The notes beneath the pieces were generated by a model. It worked only from the letters and a program-made list of their open reading frames with translations. It did no database searches and was not told where the DNA came from. A program made the translations under genes and the position numbers. DNA of 64,000 bases from Candidatus Eiseniibacteriota bacterium (lineage in GTDB: Bacteria; Eisenbacteria; RBG-16-71-46; JABDJR01): NCBI GenBank assembly GCA_963783375.1, contig CAWANH010000028.1, forward strand, positions 1,504,001-1,568,000, written 5' to 3'. This document shows positions 59,989-64,000 of this stretch, piece after piece; positions within the stretch are counted from its first letter, which is position 1; every line of letters begins with the position of its first letter.

Positions 59989-62900
59989 TCAGGGCACCCG
60001 GGTGATCTTGGACGTCCCCGCGTTCTTCCCGTCCACCACGACCCGGGTGAAGAAGATCCCGGCCCCGGCGTCGACCCCGCTCTCCGTCCGCCCGTCCCAG
60101 CGGAGCGCGTGCTCCCCGGCGGGCATGCTGCCCGAGTAGAGCACCCGCACCCGGCGCCCGGAGAGATCGAACACCTCCGCCCGCACGTTGTAGCGATCCT
60201 TCCCGCCCTGAGCCGGGCCGGCCAGGACGAGAGGCACCGCGGTCGGCCCCATGGCCGGGTTGGGGAAGGCCGCGCGCACCCGGATTCCCGACGGACCGGC
60301 GTCCGGCGGCGCGCCGGTGGTGATGTTCTTGGGGTCGGGGAGACCGTTCCCGTCGACGTCCACCGTCACCGCGCAGAAGTTGTCCACCTGGGGGAGCGTC
60401 GCCGAGACGTTGTTGGGGCAGACGTCGCCGCCCAGCTCTCCGTCCGGCTCGGGGTCCCAGCAGACCGAGGCCACCACCGCGATCTTCGCCCCGGCCGGGA
60501 CCGTCCCCGGTCCCAGGCCGTAGATCACGTCCCAGGGAATCGCCAGCTCGCTCCCGCCGTTGTTGCCGTTCAGGTGCTGGGGGTCGAAGGCCATGATGAC
60601 CTGGGAACTCAGATCGGTGCTGGTGGTGGGACCGGTCAGCCGCCAGAAGCTCTGCCCGTCAAAGGAACCCTGGTGCTGGTAGGCCCCCAGCTGGAAGTCG
60701 GGCCGGAAGCCCGGCCCGCTGAAGGACGCCCCGCGCTCCCAGGCGTCGATGGCGGTGAGATCGGTATAGCCGTTCGGGCCGTCGAGGTCGGAGTCCAGGT
60801 AGAGGAGCCAGGAATTCCCCTGCACCCGCCCCAGAACCCCCAGGTAGAGATAGGTGTCGTCCCAGTCCACGTAGAGGGCGTTGATCTCGTTGGTGTCCCC
60901 CGGCGCGCTGCTGTTCCAGGCCGAATCCCAGAAGTCCTCGCACGACCAGCGCGGGGACGACCAGTCGGCTGCGTTGATCAGCCCGTCGATCTGGATCGCG
61001 GTGGGGGGGGTGAAGTTGATGGCCACGTTGTCCAGGTTGGTGATCTGGAGGTTGGGGTTGGAGGACGCGTCCTGGACGCTCCCCGCGGCCAACAGGAGCT
61101 CCAGGCTCGAGGTGTTGAGCGCCTCCAGGGCCGAGGCGGTGCCCGGGGTGAGATCGAAGTCCAGCCGCTTGCTCGAGGTCCCGCCGGTGGTCAGGGTCTC
61201 GGAGCCGGTCAGGGTCACCTCCGCGGTCCCGTCGTCGTTGTCGTCGACGGCGAAACCGGTCTGGACCACCGAGGCGATCTGGACCGCCTCGTCGAAATAC
61301 AGGGTCAGATGATCGGTGCCCGGGTAGTAGACCCCGTAGGTGGGGGAGGGGCCGATGGTGTCGGTCAGCCCGTCCCGCAGGGCCTTCAGCTCGGGGACGT
61401 GGCCGTTCCCGTCCAGCGCGCTCGTGTAGCCCCCGTAGAGGTAAACCTCGAAGGGGCTGTCCCCGTACAGCTCGTCTCCCTCGAGGAGGGTGGCGGAGAA
61501 CTGGAGGTTGTGGTGGGCGCCGGCGCTCCCCACCACGATGGCCGCGGTGGCGTCGGTGTCCGGGTTCTTCTGGCCGAAGTAGCCGCCGCCGTCGGGATCC
61601 CAGACCCGGTCCAGGGTCCCGCTCCAGGTCATGTCCAGGAGATCGGGGCTCATCCCGCTCTTCACGTACACGCGGTTTCCGTCCGCGCGGTAGACCACGT
61701 CCAGGTAGGGATCCCCCAGGGTGAGGGACACGGTCTTCGAGATCCCGTAGGCGGTGAGCTCGGCGCTCACCGTGTTCCCGGCGCCCGAGAGGACCTGGAG
61801 CCCGTAGAGGTCGCCCTCCCGGTCGGTCCCGTTCACGCTCACGTCGGAGAGGGCGGCGACGTGGTTGGTCTCGTTGTAGTCGCCGTCGGTGTCCGCCCAG
61901 TAGGCGTTGTCGTTCGACACCACGCTGTAGTTGTAGTCCACCCCCTTGCAGAACAGCCACTGGAGCTTCCCCCCGATGGTGTCGAACACCGCCATCAGGC
62001 GGTCGTTGTACATCACCAGCTCGTCCACCCCGTCGTCGTCGATGTCGGAGAGGTAGGCCCCGGTGGGGTTGGCGTAAAGGCCGGCGGCCCAGCGGGCGGC
62101 CTCGGCGTGGGGGTTGGCGGAGCGGATGTGGTTCGAGTAGTGGTTCTCCCATCCCGAGATCTCGCCGTTGTCGTGCCAGCCCGTCTCGTGGAGGTTGGTG
62201 ACCAGGATGTACCAGGCCATCTCGGAGAGGTTGTTGACCGGCGCGGCCAGGATGTTGTCGAGGGCGTTGTTCCACTGGGTGCCGTAGTCCAGCTTGGGAA
62301 CGTGGTTGTCCAGGTTCGACGACCCCGTGTAGCCGGCCCAGTCGCCGTACCAGAAGTTGTTCCCCCCGCCGTAGCCATCGAATCCCCCCAGGAGCCCGTA
62401 GGTGCCGCTCTGGAGGGTGATGGACTGGGTGGTGAAGCCGGGATCCTGGAGCACGTCGGTGAGCTTCCAGACCCCGACCACCCCGCTGTTGGCCGAGCAC
62501 TGCTGGAGCACGTGTATGTAGTTGTTCAGGGCGTCGGGGTTCCCGGCTCCCTGGGAGACCTCGGCCGCGATCTCCGCGTCGTTCCCGTAGATGATGATCT
62601 CGTCCGAGGTACCGGCGAGGATGGTGTTCCAGGCCGCGCCCCAGTCGTAGTTCACCTGCCCCACGAAGTCGTTGTCGATGGGGAGCACCTTCAAGCCGTT
62701 GTAGGTGTAGATGTGGTGGTCGTTGAAGGTGTTGTCGTTGTACCCGCAGTGGATGTAGTCGTCGAGGATCACCGCCCAGATGCCGTTGTTGGTGAAGTTG
62801 TCGCCGATGTAGTCGATCACGTTCCCGCTGGCGGTGTGCCCGTTCCCGTCGTTGTCGGGGTTCTCGCACCAGACGCGCTCCGGCACCCAGGCCACCCGGG

Positions 62901-64000
62901 GGGTGAAGCCGTAGCGCTGGACGATCATGCTGTTCTCGACCGCCACCGCCTTCCCGTTCACCTCGTCGCGGAGGAACGGCATCATCTGCTGGCCGTAGGC
63001 GGAGGTGATCATTTCCACCCAGCCCCCGGTGACCCCGGCGGCCAGCCAGTCGTTGAAGCTCTTGTCGTGCCACTGGGCGGCGGAGATCAGGGTGCCGGCC
63101 TGGTGCCAGTTCACGGGGAGGTTGTAGTACTGGTGGGCGGCCAGGAGTTCGTCGGCCCCGTCGTCGGGGTTGTTCGGGTCCCCGTCGTAGGCCGCGTTCT
63201 CCCCCCGCTCGCCCCGGAACACCGTGGTGTAGGTGAGCCCCTGGTTCAGGTGCTGGACGAAGGCCACGTTGTGGGTGCTGGAGGTGGGGGCGTTGGTGGC
63301 GGTGATGGAGTCGAGCACCCGGCTCCCGTCGGTGGTGATGACGTAGAACCGCACCGGGGTGGCGTCGTCGGCGGCCGCCCGCGCGGCCACCGCGTCGTAG
63401 TCCGCGGCCGGCTTTCCCGCCGCCCGCGCCGCGGCCTCGGCGAAGCCCCCGGGGAGCCAAAGGCTCCCCTCCAGCATGTCCCAGCTCTTCGACTCGCGCA
63501 CCGAGCGGAGCCGCTCGGTCTCCCGCGCGTCCCCCCGGTCGTCGAGGATCCTTCCGGTCAGGGTCCCGCCGTTCTCGGTGAGTTCAACCGCCCGGTCCCA
63601 GGCGAAGGGGGCCTCACCGGCGATTCCGTCGGGCAGCGCCTTCGTTCCGCCGGGGGCGTAGTCCATGAGGACGATGGCCCGCACCCCGGGATCGAGAACC
63701 GGCGCGGAGTCCTTCACTCCGGCCTCGCGGAAGAGGTTCACCCGGAAGTTCAATCGATCGATCTCCTGGTCGTAGTAGAACCCCATGAGATCGCCGCGGG
63801 CGGCGCGGCCCTCGGCTCCGTCATAGACCGGGTCGAGCGCCTTGGCCTGGGTCCGGCTCCAGAGGTGGGGATTCCCCTGGATCTCGAGCCCGGGGGCGGC
63901 GACTGCGGGGGCGATCCAATCGTGGGCGTCCACCTCGCCGACGCCGTGGCTCGCCAGGGGAAGAGTGCCCAGAACCAGAAGCAGGGGAAGGAGACGGCGG
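59989..64000 (-). CDS. Large secreted GH57-like glycoside hydrolase with FlgD/T9SS-like tail; start lies beyond the window edge
   Basis: HLNQ, WVPERVW (nucleophile region), YGNDAE (acid/base region); FPNP...DLSGRRVR...WDG tail; frame stays open to 64000 through a signal-like stretch. Confidence 0.8.
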   Translation of the reverse strand, partial: RRLLPLLLVLGTLPLASHGVGEVDAHDWIAPAVAAPGLEIQGNPHLWSRTQAKALDPVYDGAEGRAARGDLMGFYYDQEIDRLNFRVNLFREAGVKDSAPVLDPGVRAIVLMDYAPGGTKALPDGIAGEAPFAWDRAVELTENGGTLTGRILDDRGDARETERLRSVRESKSWDMLEGSLWLPGGFAEAAARAAGKPAADYDAVAARAAADDATPVRFYVITTDGSRVLDSITATNAPTSSTHNVAFVQHLNQGLTYTTVFRGERGENAAYDGDPNNPDDGADELLAAHQYYNLPVNWHQAGTLISAAQWHDKSFNDWLAAGVTGGWVEMITSAYGQQMMPFLRDEVNGKAVAVENSMIVQRYGFTPRVAWVPERVWCENPDNDGNGHTASGNVIDYIGDNFTNNGIWAVILDDYIHCGYNDNTFNDHHIYTYNGLKVLPIDNDFVGQVNYDWGAAWNTILAGTSDEIIIYGNDAEIAAEVSQGAGNPDALNNYIHVLQQCSANSGVVGVWKLTDVLQDPGFTTQSITLQSGTYGLLGGFDGYGGGNNFWYGDWAGYTGSSNLDNHVPKLDYGTQWNNALDNILAAPVNNLSEMAWYILVTNLHETGWHDNGEISGWENHYSNHIRSANPHAEAARWAAGLYANPTGAYLSDIDDDGVDELVMYNDRLMAVFDTIGGKLQWLFCKGVDYNYSVVSNDNAYWADTDGDYNETNHVAALSDVSVNGTDREGDLYGLQVLSGAGNTVSAELTAYGISKTVSLTLGDPYLDVVYRADGNRVYVKSGMSPDLLDMTWSGTLDRVWDPDGGGYFGQKNPDTDATAAIVVGSAGAHHNLQFSATLLEGDELYGDSPFEVYLYGGYTSALDGNGHVPELKALRDGLTDTIGPSPTYGVYYPGTDHLTLYFDEAVQIASVVQTGFAVDDNDDGTAEVTLTGSETLTTGGTSSKRLDFDLTPGTASALEALNTSSLELLLAAGSVQDASSNPNLQITNLDNVAINFTPPTAIQIDGLINAADWSSPRWSCEDFWDSAWNSSAPGDTNEINALYVDWDDTYLYLGVLGRVQGNSWLLYLDSDLDGPNGYTDLTAIDAWERGASFSGPGFRPDFQLGAYQHQGSFDGQSFWRLTGPTTSTDLSSQVIMAFDPQHLNGNNGGSELAIPWDVIYGLGPGTVPAGAKIAVVASVCWDPEPDGELGGDVCPNNVSATLPQVDNFCAVTVDVDGNGLPDPKNITTGAPPDAGPSGIRVRAAFPNPAMGPTAVPLVLAGPAQGGKDRYNVRAEVFDLSGRRVRVLYSGSMPAGEHALRWDGRTESGVDAGAGIFFTRVVVDGKNAGTSKITRVP

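Overview
Very GC-rich bacterial chromosomal window with about 50 mostly housekeeping, envelope and signalling genes. I found no rRNA, tRNA, transposase, integrase or cas gene. Secreted proteins with FlgD-Ig/T9SS-like tails and a C-terminal 'TWGxxKxxF' motif suggest an FCB-related candidate phylum such as Eisenbacteria, Krumholzibacteriota or Latescibacterota (inference). Recognisable content: degP; a FAH-family hydrolase; a degenerate SbcD/YhaN-like pair; an ABC exporter with a sigma-54 response regulator; a dCMP deaminase; phospholipase D; a triple rhodanese; an M16 protease; TonB-domain proteins; an ECF sigma/anti-sigma/DUF4097 operon; thiC with a TPP riboswitch; thiI; a GbsR-EmrA-EmrB efflux operon; a sulfotransferase-sat/cysC-cysQ-GT-C cluster; and a secreted GH57. 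Two things stand out. (1) A 1.06-kb non-coding mosaic array (40776-41834) has eight double-palindrome cores, all centred on CCCGGG, separated by two recurring linker types; periods are 106, 131 and 156/157 nt. (2) A translationally coupled four-gene cyclic-nucleotide cassette (16212-19787) encodes an FAD oxidoreductase, a stand-alone cNMP-binding protein, an FHA-cyclase with non-canonical specificity residues, and an MBL-fold phosphodiesterase. Five apparent frameshifts in four genes are probably assembly indels. All calls come from motif recognition by eye; no searches were run.
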